Source: Thermoanaerobaculia bacterium
Lineage (GTDB): Bacteria; Acidobacteriota; Thermoanaerobaculia; Gp7-AA8
DNA: 64,000 nt
Direction of reading: 5' to 3'
NCBI GenBank assembly: GCA_041671505.1
Contig: JBAZBK010000014.1
Coordinates: 20,395-84,394, forward strand
Under the pieces are notes generated by a model, which was given only the letters and a program-made list of their open reading frames with translations, had not been told where the DNA came from and did no database searches. Shown piece after piece: positions 35,235 through 44,847 of this stretch (within the stretch, counting starts at the first letter, position 1; each line of letters starts with the position of its first letter). A program made the position numbers and the translations under genes.

Positions 35235-36362
35235 ATGCGCCCCGCCTCCCGCTTCGCCTCGATCGATATCTCGCTCATCCGCAAGATGAACGCGATGGCG
35301 AAGCCGTCGACGCTCAACCTCGGGATCGGGGAGCCTAACGTCGAGCCCGATGCGGGGCTGCTCGCGATGGCGCGGGAAGCGGCGGGAGGCGATTGGCACT
35401 ACTCGCCGAACGCGGGCTACCGCTCGCTCCGAGAGAAGATCGCCGAGCGTCACGGCGGGACGTACGATCCGCGAGGCGAGGTCTGCATCACCGCGGGAAC
35501 GATGGAAGCGCTCTACGCGATCGCGCAGGGCTTCGTGGAGCAGGGTGACGAAGTGCTGGTGCCCGACCCGGGCTTCCTCGCCTATCCCGCGATCGCGACG
35601 CTCACCGGCGCCACGCCCGTCCCCTACCCGCTCGTTCCCGGAACATGGGACGTCGATCTCGACGCGCTCGCACGTCTCGTCACGCCGAAGACGAAGATGA
35701 TCGTCGTCAACACCCCGTCCAATCCCACCGGCGCGATCGTCCCGGAGGCGACGCTCCGCGCGATCGCCGCGCTGGGCGACGAGCGCGACCTCCTCGTCGT
35801 CTCCGACGAGGTCTACAGCGAGGTCTATTACGCGCACCGCCCGCCGTCGATGATCGGCATGGGGCGGAACGTCGTCGTCGTCGACGGCATGTCGAAGAGC
35901 CACGTGATGACGGGGCTGCGCATGGGTTGGATCCTCGCCCGCGCCGAGGTGATGTCGACGATTTACAAATCGCACCAGTACATCGCGACGTGCGCGTCGG
36001 TTTTCGCGCAGCAGTTTGCGGAGAAAATCCTGTCCGACTCGGAATGGAACGGCCGCTGGCTCGACGGCATGCGCGCCCAGTTCCGCGCGCAGCGTGACGC
36101 GCTCGTCACTGCACTCCGACGCGACGCCGGCATCGTGCTCGACCCACCTCTCGGCGCGTTCTACGCCTTCTTTCACGTCGACACCAACGACTCCCTCGCG
36201 CTTGCGACGAAAGCGGCGGCGGAAGCCGACGTGCTCGTGATCCCCGGCATCGCCTTCGGCGAACTGGGCGAAGGCTACCTGCGTGTCTCGTACGCCTCCG
36301 ACGTCGCCACGATCGACGAAGGTATTCGCCGCCTCGCGCCGTACATCAGGGGCGCGTCGTAA
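35235..36362 (+). CDS. Class I/II PLP-dependent aminotransferase (candidate N-succinyl-diaminopimelate aminotransferase, DapC-like)
   Basis: Aminotransferase fold with SKS-type PLP-Lys region (VVVDGMSKSHVMTGLRMGW). Positioned last in the lysC-dapB-dapA-dapD operon. The DapC assignment rests on context. Confidence 0.75.
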   Translation: MRPASRFASIDISLIRKMNAMAKPSTLNLGIGEPNVEPDAGLLAMAREAAGGDWHYSPNAGYRSLREKIAERHGGTYDPRGEVCITAGTMEALYAIAQGFVEQGDEVLVPDPGFLAYPAIATLTGATPVPYPLVPGTWDVDLDALARLVTPKTKMIVVNTPSNPTGAIVPEATLRAIAALGDERDLLVVSDEVYSEVYYAHRPPSMIGMGRNVVVVDGMSKSHVMTGLRMGWILARAEVMSTIYKSHQYIATCASVFAQQFAEKILSDSEWNGRWLDGMRAQFRAQRDALVTALRRDAGIVLDPPLGAFYAFFHVDTNDSLALATKAAAEADVLVIPGIAFGELGEGYLRVSYASDVATIDEGIRRLAPYIRGAS

Positions 36363-36370
36363 TCAGGCCC

Positions 36371-38599
36371 TCACCGCCCCCCGCCGCCTAACGTCCGAAA
36401 CAGCCGCTGCCCCGCACCCTCGCCGCGCTCCTCGAATTCGACACCCGCGCCGGCCACCAGATCGCGGACAGTCCCCGAGGCGACGACTTCGTGCGCGGCG
36501 GCGATGCGCGCGATGCTCCGCGCCACCGTCACCGATCCGCCGCTGAGCGTCTCGCCCACAACGTCGCACTCGCCGGTGTGGACCCCCGCGGCGAGCGAGA
36601 CGCCGGCGCGTCGGGCACTCTCGACGATCGCCACGCCGCAGCGCACCGCGCGCGCCGGGCCGTCGAACGCGGCGTCGATCACGCCATCGGCTGCAGCCGC
36701 GAGTCGTCGTCCCCGGTACCAGTCGAGCTCCCGCTGCGCGAGCCCCTGCAGCCGCGTGCCGAGCTCGCGGTCGGTGACGGGCGCGACGGCGCGGATCGAC
36801 AGGATCGTCGCGAGCACGCGGTCGGGCTCCTCGACGTGTCGCACGCCGGTGAGGAACTCCTCGATCTCGTCGAGAATCTCGTTCTGCTCTCCGACGAAGG
36901 GAAGGTGATCGTTGCCGGGGAGCTCGACGAACTTCGCGCCCGGGATGCGGCTCGCGACGTAGCGGCCTTCCTCGACCTTCAGGCACGCATCGCCCTGTCG
37001 GTGGATCACGAGCGTCGGAACGCGGATCGTCGGAAGGACCGCGCGGATGTCGATCTGCGCGTTCATCTTCGTCAAGGCAACCGCGGCCGAGGGTGACGCG
37101 CCCATGCGGAGGTAGGCGGCCCACCAGTCGCGAAACTCCGGGTCGGCTGCGCGGCTCGGCGCGCGGTCGGCGATTCCGACGGGGCCGCCCCACTCGCGCC
37201 GCATCAGGTCGAAGAATGCCTCGCGCTGCTCCTGCGTCGGCCCCCATGGATAGTCGTCGTCGCGAATCCGTTTCGCGTACGTCCCGATCATGACGAGCGC
37301 CAACGTCTTCTCCGGGTAGGTCGCGGCGAAGAGGCTGCACATCGGCCCCCCTTCGGATACGCCGCAGAGCGCTGCGCGCGCCGACCCCGCTGCCTCCATC
37401 ACCGCGCGCACGTCGTCCATCCGCTGCTCGAGCGACGGAAGCTGGTCGAGCGGGACGCGGTCGGAGAGGCCGGTGCCGCGCTTGTCGAAGAGGATGAGGC
37501 GCGAGAACGACGCGAGCCGCGTCAGGAAGCGCGCGAACGACGGCTCGCGCCAGAAGTACTCGAGATGCGAGACCCACCCCATCACGAAGACGAGGTCGAT
37601 CATGCCGCTGCCGACGACCTGGTAGGCGATATTGACGTCGCCGCTCCGCGCGTAGCGCGTCTCCGGGATCTCGACCTTCGGCTCCTGCCTCACGCGTGAG
37701 AGCGCCGCCGCGGGAAGCTCCGACGATGGCACGCTGCCACTGCCTACGGCGCGAAGCGCGAACGCGAGATCGCGCGCCGACTTGAATCGCTCGTCGGGAT
37801 TCTTGTCGAGGCAGTGGCCGACGACCCGCTCCAGCTCGACCGGAATGGCGATGCCCGCGGTGCGGATCGGCGACGGCTCGCGGTGGAGCACCGCCCAGAG
37901 CGCCTCGACCGGCGTCGGATCGTAGAAGGGAAGCTGCCCGGTCAGCATCTCCTGCAGGAGGCAGCCGAGCGCGAAGATGTCGCTCGCGGGTGTGACCGGT
38001 TCGCCGCGAATCTGCTCGGGTGCCATGTAGCCGATCGTCCCCATCGCGCCTCCCTGGCGCAGCGGATACGGGTTCGTCGGCTCGTCGTCGCTGTCGTGCT
38101 CGTCGTCCGAGGTACCGATCGTGTGGGCGAGACCGAAGTCGAGGAGCTTCACACGCCCGTCGGAGAGGAGGAACGTGTTCTCCGGCTTGAGATCGCGATG
38201 AACGATTCCCTTCCGGTGCGCGGCGTCGAGCCCGTCGGCGATCTCGCCGGCGATCGCGGCCGCGCGGCGCCACGCGATCGACCCCTCGCGCTTCAGGAGC
38301 GCGCGCACGGTCTCCCCTTCGAGCAGCTCGGTCACCGCGTAGGCGATGCCGCCGCTCGTGCCGAAGTCGAAGATCGAGAGAATGTTAGGGTGCGAGAGTG
38401 CGGCGACAGCCTTCGCCTCGCGCTCGAACCGCTCCAGCGCGTCGGCGCTCATCGCGAGGCGCGACGGCAGCACCTTCACCGCCACCTCGCGGTCGAGCCG
38501 CGAGTCGTGCGCCCGCCAGACCTCGCCCATCCCCCCCGCTGCGAGCGGCGCGGTGATCCGATAGGGGCCGAGCATCGTGCCGACCTCGAGCGCGTCCAT
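36371..38599 (-). CDS. Multidomain protein: Ser/Thr kinase - alpha/beta-hydrolase fold - degenerate class III nucleotidyl-cyclase homology domain
   Basis: Start at Met MDALEVGTMLGPYRI. Kinase motifs (IVHRDLKPEN, DFGLA, GTIGYMAPEQ). Middle alpha/beta hydrolase with GVSEGG nucleophile elbow. C-terminal ~180 aa has the cyclase pattern but lacks the canonical F-x-D-x-x-G-F-T metal-binding Asp (..ATILSIRAVAPVTD..). Confidence 0.8.
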   Translation of the reverse strand: MDALEVGTMLGPYRITAPLAAGGMGEVWRAHDSRLDREVAVKVLPSRLAMSADALERFEREAKAVAALSHPNILSIFDFGTSGGIAYAVTELLEGETVRALLKREGSIAWRRAAAIAGEIADGLDAAHRKGIVHRDLKPENTFLLSDGRVKLLDFGLAHTIGTSDDEHDSDDEPTNPYPLRQGGAMGTIGYMAPEQIRGEPVTPASDIFALGCLLQEMLTGQLPFYDPTPVEALWAVLHREPSPIRTAGIAIPVELERVVGHCLDKNPDERFKSARDLAFALRAVGSGSVPSSELPAAALSRVRQEPKVEIPETRYARSGDVNIAYQVVGSGMIDLVFVMGWVSHLEYFWREPSFARFLTRLASFSRLILFDKRGTGLSDRVPLDQLPSLEQRMDDVRAVMEAAGSARAALCGVSEGGPMCSLFAATYPEKTLALVMIGTYAKRIRDDDYPWGPTQEQREAFFDLMRREWGGPVGIADRAPSRAADPEFRDWWAAYLRMGASPSAAVALTKMNAQIDIRAVLPTIRVPTLVIHRQGDACLKVEEGRYVASRIPGAKFVELPGNDHLPFVGEQNEILDEIEEFLTGVRHVEEPDRVLATILSIRAVAPVTDRELGTRLQGLAQRELDWYRGRRLAAAADGVIDAAFDGPARAVRCGVAIVESARRAGVSLAAGVHTGECDVVGETLSGGSVTVARSIARIAAAHEVVASGTVRDLVAGAGVEFEERGEGAGQRLFRTLGGGGR

Positions 38600-38696
38600 G
38601 TCGAGTTTCGCCCATGCTACCGCATGACGGGGATGACGGCGCCCGCCTCGGCGTGTTAAACGGGCGTAAGCTCTCATCGACCCGACGGTTTCCAAA

Positions 38697-39227
38697 ATGC
38701 CAATCTACGAGTTCTACTGCCGCGACTGTCACACGATTTTCAACTTCCTCTCGGCGCGCGTCGACACGACGACGGTGCCTTCGTGCCCGAAGTGCTCGCG
38801 CCCGGCGCTCGAGCGCCAGGTCTCGCGCTTCGCGATCTCGAAAGGGCTTCCCGACCCGTCGCAGGCGCGGCCGGGAGGCGCGAACGACGAGCCGATATCT
38901 CCGCACGAAGAACAGATGATGCGCGCGATGGAGTCGCTCGCGTCCGACGCCGAGTCGCTCGACGAGAATGACCCGCGCCAGATGGCAGGCTTCCTGCGGC
39001 GCCTCTACGGCTCGGCCGATCTTCCCGTCGGCCCCGCAATGGAGGAGGCGATGCGCCGGATGGAAGCAGGAGAGGACCCCGACGCGATCGACGAGGAGCT
39101 CGGCGACCGGCTCGAGTCGGAGATGCCGTTCGGCGACGACGAGTCTCCGCTCACGAAGGAAGGTCGAATCAAGTGGAAGAGCCGTCGGCGGCCTCCCCGT
39201 CACGACGAGACTCTTTATTCTCTGTAG
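38697..39227 (+). CDS. FmdB-family zinc-ribbon protein with acidic C-terminal extension
   Basis: MPIYEFYCRDCHTIFNFL...CPKCS is the FmdB/regulatory zinc-ribbon signature. Divergently oriented from the kinase fusion gene. Confidence 0.7.
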   Translation: MPIYEFYCRDCHTIFNFLSARVDTTTVPSCPKCSRPALERQVSRFAISKGLPDPSQARPGGANDEPISPHEEQMMRAMESLASDAESLDENDPRQMAGFLRRLYGSADLPVGPAMEEAMRRMEAGEDPDAIDEELGDRLESEMPFGDDESPLTKEGRIKWKSRRRPPRHDETLYSL

Positions 39228-39339
39228 CTCGACGTGCGGCTGCCGGACCCCTTCAACCGCCGGAGGAACCAATCCTGTCGCCCGACCGTCTCGTAGACAG
39301 CGGCGTTTCACGACACCGTGACCCATTGGAGGAGACAAC

Positions 39340-40107
39340 ATGACCCGATCGCTTCGAACCATCGCCCTCTCGCTCGTACTGCTCGCGACGGCACTTCCCG
39401 GAATTGCCGCCGAGCCTGACTACTCCGCCTGGAACGGGCTGCTCCAGAAGTACTACAGCCCGCAGAACGGGATGGACTACCAGGGACTGAGGAAGAGCGA
39501 CCTCCCGACATTGGCGACACTCGTCGGCGACCTGTCGAAGGTCGACGCCGCCCAGCTCAGCCGAGAGGAGCAGCTCGCCTACTGGATCAACCTCTACAAC
39601 ATCTCGACCGTGAAGCTGATCTGCGACAACTATCCGAAGAAGTCGATTCGCGACATGTCGACCGACCCGATCATCCGGCTCAACGTCTTCGACAGGAAGG
39701 TCGTGCCACAGGGAGCCGCGACGATCTCGCTCAACGACATCGAGAACGTCAGGCTTCGCGAGGGTTTCAAGGACCCGCGGATTCACTTTGCGATCAATTG
39801 CGCCGCGAAGAGCTGCCCGCCGATGCGCACGGAGGCGTTCGTCGGGGCGCGCGTGAACGAGCAGCTCGACGACCAGGCTCGCCTTTTCTTCAACGGGCCC
39901 GGCACGAAGATCACGAAGAAGAGCGGAAAGACGACCCTCACCGTTACGAAGATCATGGACTGGTTCAAGGAAGACTTCGAAGCCGCAGGCGGCGCCGTCG
40001 CCTTCACGAAGAAGTTCGTGACACCCGACAAGCAGAAGCAGCTCGAGGGTAAGGTCGGAGTTTCGTACTTCGATTACAACTGGGATCTGAACGACTGGAA
40101 GCGGTAG
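39340..40107 (+). CDS. Secreted DUF547 domain protein
   Basis: Signal peptide MTRSLRTIALSLVLLATALPGIAA. DUF547 core (YWINLYNISTV...IHFAINCAAKSCPPM). GGAGGAG RBS upstream. Confidence 0.65.
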   Translation: MTRSLRTIALSLVLLATALPGIAAEPDYSAWNGLLQKYYSPQNGMDYQGLRKSDLPTLATLVGDLSKVDAAQLSREEQLAYWINLYNISTVKLICDNYPKKSIRDMSTDPIIRLNVFDRKVVPQGAATISLNDIENVRLREGFKDPRIHFAINCAAKSCPPMRTEAFVGARVNEQLDDQARLFFNGPGTKITKKSGKTTLTVTKIMDWFKEDFEAAGGAVAFTKKFVTPDKQKQLEGKVGVSYFDYNWDLNDWKR

Positions 40108-40108
40108 C

Positions 40109-40879
40109 TCAGAGCCGTCCGGCGTGGACGACCGCGTCGTAGACGAAGCGGACGCGTCCGTTCTCCGCGCGTCGCTCGAAGAGCTGGGCGAGCTCGGCGA
40201 ACAGAGGCTCGTGGCCCGGGTCTCCCGGAGCGGGAACGTACGACGCCGAGGAGATGCGGCCGCGGAGGCCGTCGAGATCGAACTCCTGCGCGTGCTCGAA
40301 GGTTCGCTTGCCGTAGTCGCGCGTCAGGAAGGCGCGCACGACCTCGTCGGTCACGTTTTCGTGGCGGATGCGCGCGTAGTCGATCGAATAGTCGAGAAGC
40401 AGCGCCTCGAGCTCCTGCAGGAACTCGCTCGAGGCCGTCTGCCGCACGTTCCAGATCAGCGCGACCCAGCCGTCGGGGCGCAGAACGCGCGCCATCTCCG
40501 CGCGCGCCGCGTCGCGATCGAACCAGTGGAACGCCTGCGCCGCGACGACGAGATCCACCGAGCCGGGATCGAGCCCCGTCGCCTCCGCCGTTCCGTCCAC
40601 GCTGTGAAAGTCGGGGCGCGATCCGAGCATCGACTCCGCCGCCTCCCGCATATCCTTGTTAGGCTCGACGGCGAAGACCTCGTGTCCCGCCTCGAGGAGA
40701 GCCGCGGTCGAGATGCCGGTTCCCGACCCGAGGTCGGCGACGCGCCAGCCCGGCGCCAGCCCCGTCAGCTCTCGAAGCAGCGCCACAACCTGCGGCGGGT
40801 AGCCGGGACGGTACCGGACGTAGTCGCCGACACGATTCGAGAACCGCTCGGTCGGCGCCGCGCGATGGTCATGGCTCAT
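40109..40879 (-). CDS. Class I SAM-dependent methyltransferase
   Basis: Motif I VADLGSGTGIST. Motif post-I and methyltransferase-11-like core. 256 aa. Confidence 0.75.
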   Translation of the reverse strand: MSHDHRAAPTERFSNRVGDYVRYRPGYPPQVVALLRELTGLAPGWRVADLGSGTGISTAALLEAGHEVFAVEPNKDMREAAESMLGSRPDFHSVDGTAEATGLDPGSVDLVVAAQAFHWFDRDAARAEMARVLRPDGWVALIWNVRQTASSEFLQELEALLLDYSIDYARIRHENVTDEVVRAFLTRDYGKRTFEHAQEFDLDGLRGRISSASYVPAPGDPGHEPLFAELAQLFERRAENGRVRFVYDAVVHAGRL

Positions 40880-40945
40880 GACGTTCGCGACGATGGTATC
40901 AGGGGCTGGGGCATCGGGGGGAGACCTGCCCCGGCAGGGGGAGTT

Positions 40946-41428
40946 TCAGACGGCCGGCGCGCTCACGTATTCGACCTTCGCGCCGTCGTGCGCGTCGAAG
41001 ATTTCGCGGTGCGCCCGATACGACCAGCCGTCTCCGCGCGTGTAGTAGCCAGCGACCCACTCCTGCAGGTTCGCGAGCATCGTCTCCTGCTCCTCCTTCG
41101 ACGCGTACTTGTGCGGCTCCCAGGGACGCCGCCGGTTGTTCGCGAGGCACGCCTCCAGGCCGGGGTTGAGGAAGACGAGCTCCGTCGAGTGCGGCGCCGC
41201 GAGCTGGACGAGCTCGCCGTAGCAGCCTTCGATTACCCACGCCTCGTTGCGCTGGAGAAACCTGTCGAGCGACGCGCGGATCTCCTGGTGGGACCGCTGC
41301 ACCGCGATCTTCCCCGGCTCCCAGACGATGCTGTCGAGATCGAGATGCGCGAGCCCGTGCCTCGCGGCGAGCGCCTTCGCGTAGGTGCTCTTTCCCGAGC
41401 CGGAGTTCCCGAAAACCACGATTCTCAT
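40946..41428 (-). CDS. P-loop NTPase (AAA/adenylate-kinase-like; topology-modulation FlaR-like)
   Basis: Walker A MRIVVFGNSGSGKST at the N-terminus. 160 aa, no other domains. Confidence 0.65.
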   Translation of the reverse strand: MRIVVFGNSGSGKSTYAKALAARHGLAHLDLDSIVWEPGKIAVQRSHQEIRASLDRFLQRNEAWVIEGCYGELVQLAAPHSTELVFLNPGLEACLANNRRRPWEPHKYASKEEQETMLANLQEWVAGYYTRGDGWSYRAHREIFDAHDGAKVEYVSAPAV

Positions 41429-41563
41429 GCCAGGCGCAGTGTAGCGCGAGCGCCCTAACCCGACGAGACCGCCGTTCGGTTCGCCCCGGAGGGGCGCCGG
41501 ATAGTAGCCGGTGGCAAGCCGCGAGGCGGCGCCGCTCGCTTAATGTCGAGGAGCGTGCGGATC

Positions 41564-41719
41564 GTCATCCCGACGACCGAGCACCGCGAGGGAGGAGGGA
41601 TCTCGCAGGCTGGTACAGTCGAGGTTCGGCGCGAACTACCCGGCCAGTGGCACGTGAGTACCAGCCTGCGAGGTCCCTCCTCCTTCCCCCGCTTCGCGGA
41701 GTCAGTCGTCGGGACGACA
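41564..41719. mobile_element. MITE-like palindromic repeat element, copy 3 (near-identical to 3995-4160)
   Basis: GTCATCCCGACGACCGAGCACCGCGAGGGAGGAGGGATCTCGCAGGCTGGTAC ... GTACCAGCCTGCGAGGTCCCTCCTCCTTCCCCCGCTTCGCGGAGTCAGTCGTCGGGACGACA. It creates the spurious N-terminal extension of track ORF 41543..43261. Confidence 0.7.
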
Positions 41720-41812
41720 ACGCAAGCGTGCGTTAGCCAAACGTACCGCCGCTCCGCCCGAAAACCCGCTTCCGATCCGAATACTCCCGCTTCACGCCTC
41801 GTTGTCTCCGTC

Positions 41813-43261
41813 GTGATCCGAAGACTCGCCCTCGCTGCACTTCTCATCGCCCCGCTCGCAGCGACGCAGCAGATCGTCAAGCCCGACGCAGAGTCGATCC
41901 GCGCGTCGCTGCCGCAGCCGGAGAACCCGGTACGGATCACCCTCCGCCCGGCGGGGATCGTATTCGGCGACTACTCGCTGCCGGTCAGCGTGACCCCCGC
42001 GGTGGAGAAGGTGGTTCTCTTCATCAACGGAAATCGTCACTCCGAGGCGACCGGCCGTTCGATGGTCTTCCACGTCCGCATCGGCAAGTACCTTCGCCGG
42101 CTCCGCTTCCGGGTTGCCGGATATGACGCGGCCGGAAACGAGATCGGGAGCGACGAGGTCGTCATCAACGACCCGCAGCCGCCGTTCCGCGTTCGCGCCC
42201 TCGTGCCGGCAACGCTCCCCGGCGAAGGGCTCGCCCGCGTCTCCGCCGCGGTCTCGGCTCCCCCGACCGATCCGGTGCGCGAGGTCGAGTTCTTTCTCGG
42301 GGAGACCTCGCTCGGCACCGACCCTTCCGAACCGTACGAGGCGAGCTTCGACCCCTCGAAGTTCGAACCCCTCCCGGCGTACGTGCGGGTCACCGCGCGC
42401 TCGGCGTCGGGCAACGAGAGCCACGACGTCCGCTTCCTCGGGGGCGCCGCGGCCGAGCGGATGGACGTCCTCGTGCAGGAGATCCCGCTCTCTGTGAAGG
42501 GGCGCCTCTCCCGCCCGCTCGAAACGGCAGACCTGACCCTCATGGACTCCGGCGAGCCGCGTGCGATCGATTCCCTGCTGCGCGCGAGCGACCGGCCCCT
42601 GGACGTCATCCTGCTGATCGACTCCTCGCAGAGCATGCTCGAAGAGCTGCCCGTCGTGAAACGCGCGGCCGCCGGCTTCGCCCGCAGCATTCTCGGCGGC
42701 GGGAACCGGATTGCAGTCGTCGCGTTCCGCGAGCGGACGATCTGGCTCACCGGATTCACCGGCGACATCGCGACGGTCGAGCGCGCCCTCGATAGGCTCA
42801 AGCCGGAGGGACAGACTCACCTGTACGACGCGACGATCGAGATGCTCTACACGCTTCAGACGATGCCGGGCAGGCGCGCTCTCGTCATCCTCAGCGACGG
42901 GGTGAACGAAGGTGGAGACTTCGAGCTCGATCACGTCGCGCACTACGCGCGCTACTCGGGCGTGCCGCTCTATCCGATCATCCGGAACGGACTCCTGCTG
43001 AAGCTGAAGTGGATCCCGCTCGCGAAGTTCGACGCCGAGCGTTACGCGAAGATCGCGGAGTCGGCGGGTGCGTCGTACTTCCTGATCAGGAAGCCGGCCG
43101 AGCTCGAGGGGGTCTACAGGCAGATCGCGGACGAGCTGAAGAACCAGTACATCATGCGATTCAGGACAGAGTCGGACGGGCGCGACATCTGGCACTCGCT
43201 CGCGGTGAGCAGCTCGCGAGAGGGAATCACGCTCCGCGCGCCGCGGGGATATTTTCCGTAG
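41813..43261 (+). CDS. Secreted von Willebrand factor type A (VWA) domain protein
   Basis: Probable GTG start (VIRRLALAALLIAPLAA signal peptide), in frame with the track ORF and downstream of the repeat element. C-terminal VWA with MIDAS motif (DVILLIDSSQSM..) and the conserved T/D positions. Confidence 0.7.
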   Translation: MIRRLALAALLIAPLAATQQIVKPDAESIRASLPQPENPVRITLRPAGIVFGDYSLPVSVTPAVEKVVLFINGNRHSEATGRSMVFHVRIGKYLRRLRFRVAGYDAAGNEIGSDEVVINDPQPPFRVRALVPATLPGEGLARVSAAVSAPPTDPVREVEFFLGETSLGTDPSEPYEASFDPSKFEPLPAYVRVTARSASGNESHDVRFLGGAAAERMDVLVQEIPLSVKGRLSRPLETADLTLMDSGEPRAIDSLLRASDRPLDVILLIDSSQSMLEELPVVKRAAAGFARSILGGGNRIAVVAFRERTIWLTGFTGDIATVERALDRLKPEGQTHLYDATIEMLYTLQTMPGRRALVILSDGVNEGGDFELDHVAHYARYSGVPLYPIIRNGLLLKLKWIPLAKFDAERYAKIAESAGASYFLIRKPAELEGVYRQIADELKNQYIMRFRTESDGRDIWHSLAVSSSREGITLRAPRGYFP

Positions 43262-43347
43262 GGCGTCGTCGTGCCGGACGAGGAGAGGCTGGCGACATAC
43301 GGCTTCGGGATCGATGCTCGATCGAGCTGACGCGACCTGTACGACTT

Positions 43348-43515
43348 GTCGTTCCGAGAAGCGACCCCGCGAAGCGGGGGAGCGACGAGGAACCTCGCCG
43401 GCTGGTACATTCGCGCAACGAGCGAGAACGCCGGGGCGAGCAGACCTCATCTGTACCAGCCTGAGAGGTCCCTCCTCCCCGCTCCCGCTTCGCGGGATCG
43501 GTCGTCGGGACGACA
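43348..43515. mobile_element. MITE-like palindromic repeat element, copy 4 (divergent arms, same GGCTGGTAC...GTACCAGCCTGAGAGGTCCCTCCTCC core)
   Basis: GTCGTTCCGAGAAGCGACCCCGCGAAGCGGGGGAGCGACGAGGAACCTCGCCGGCTGGTAC ... GTACCAGCCTGAGAGGTCCCTCCTCCCCGCTCCCGCTTCGCGGGATCGGTCGTCGGGACGACA. 3' of the VWA gene. Confidence 0.65.
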
Positions 43516-43586
43516 AGTTGTGAGTGTCGCGCTCGAATCGAATTCATCTCGATCCGGCAAGCGCGCCCGCCTGCACTCCCCGCGCC

Positions 43587-44474
43587 CTAACGACCGCGTT
43601 TGATCGCGAGGCGAAGGGCGTTCCTGACCTCACCGAACATCGTCTCGGGTGCAACGCCGTCGTCGCGGTGACTCCACGCCTTCTTCGTCATCACCTCGAG
43701 CTTCCGCTCGTCGAGGACCTTGCCGTCGATCGTCGCGCCGTTCAGCTCGCAGAAGACGAGCAGAGAAACGAGCGCGACGCGGCGGTTGCCGTCCTTGAAG
43801 GGCCGGTCACGGAGAAGGCCCCAATAGAGCACCGCGGCCTTGTCGGAAAAGGCCTGGTAGGCCTCGCGACCAAGGAATGTCGACTGGGGGATCTGGACGG
43901 CGCGGACGAGCCCGAACTGCGACTCGACGACGCCCGGACTTGCATTGCGGCCGCCGATCTCGCGGTCGACTGCGATATGGAGCTCGACGAGCTCCTCGAC
44001 GGTCAGGTAGCGGATCCCGCTAGTCGGCGAGGCGACGGAGGGCGTCGGGGTACTTTTTGAGAGCCCGGGCGAAGGCTGCGGAGACGTCGGGGCGGAGACC
44101 GCCGCTGACGGCCGCGCCTTTGTTTCGGCTGTCGCCTGAGGCTGAGCCTTGGGCGCCGCTGCCTTTGCCACCGGCTGGGGCTGCGCCTTTGATGCCTTTG
44201 GCTGCGGGAGCGGCTTTGTCACCAGCTTTGACGGCGGGAGCGGCTTTGACCCCGCCTTTGACGGCGGGAGCAGCTTTGACACCGGCTTTGACGGCGGGAG
44301 CGACTTTGACGCCTTCTTTGGGGCGGACTTCGACTGGGGCTTTGACGGGTTTGGGGGGCTTTTCGGCTTTGGGGACGGCTTGGGCGACGACTTTTTTACC
44401 GCTTTTGCTGGTGGCCTGGCTTTTGAGGGCTTCGTGGCTACCTTTGGCGTGGCCTTTGCTTGCTTTTTTGCCAT
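43587..44474 (-). CDS. Doc/Fic-family (death-on-curing) protein with N-terminal Lys/Pro/Ala/Ser-rich histone-H1-like repeat region
   Basis: C-terminal Fic motif HIAVDREIGG...FKDGNRRVALVSLLVFCELNG. The N-terminal ~150 aa is low complexity (PPSKPVSKLLPPSKAGSKPLPPSKLVTKPLPQPKASK), encoded by ~33-bp tandem DNA repeats. Lys is mostly AAG as elsewhere in this genome; the overlapping alternative frame 44020..44481 uses AAA. Confidence 0.7.
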   Translation of the reverse strand: MAKKQAKATPKVATKPSKARPPAKAVKKSSPKPSPKPKSPPNPSKPQSKSAPKKASKSLPPSKPVSKLLPPSKAGSKPLPPSKLVTKPLPQPKASKAQPQPVAKAAAPKAQPQATAETKARPSAAVSAPTSPQPSPGLSKSTPTPSVASPTSGIRYLTVEELVELHIAVDREIGGRNASPGVVESQFGLVRAVQIPQSTFLGREAYQAFSDKAAVLYWGLLRDRPFKDGNRRVALVSLLVFCELNGATIDGKVLDERKLEVMTKKAWSHRDDGVAPETMFGEVRNALRLAIKRGR

Positions 44475-44847
44475 GCTTCATTTTTCAACCCCGGTGCGAT
44501 CGTAAACTTGTTGACCGAAAGCGTCAAGGGGGTCAGTGCATGGACGTGGCAACCCTCGCTATCCGATGACCCGGCCCCATCGCATCCAACAATCTGAAAC
44601 CAAGAAACTTAGCAAACATCAAGACCAGACCCCGATGCACAAGGTCGTGTGCAAGTTCCCTCAACGCCGTCAGAGGCTCCGCCTGCGACCGGCGCGAGGC
44701 CTTGCCGGTACGGGCCGTGCGCGGATGAGCCTTACAAGCGGCTTTGATTCAGGGAGTTGCGGAGCGACATGGGAACGCGTCGCCTTCCGGGTCGAATCCC
44801 GGCGAAACGAGGCGCGGCGCTGTTTCAGAACGAGAAACTTCCGGAAG

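Noticed and set aside
44020-44481. Alternative-frame 153-aa histone-like ORF (MKHGKKASKGHAKG...KAAPAVK repeats) overlapping the Doc gene N-terminus.
   Set aside because: The long frame is continuous into the Fic/Doc domain and uses AAG for Lys as in the rest of the genome; the alternative frame uses AAA. It probably arises because the underlying DNA repeat is low complexity. A frameshift split into two genes is not excluded.
44760-44800. tRNA-like T-arm motif GGGTCGAATCCCGG in the gap between the Doc gene and the 91-aa ORF.
   Set aside because: The T-loop would be 6 nt rather than 7. No complementary acceptor 5' strand (CGTTTCG) or D/anticodon arms were found ~70 nt upstream on either strand. 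Probably just a hairpin.
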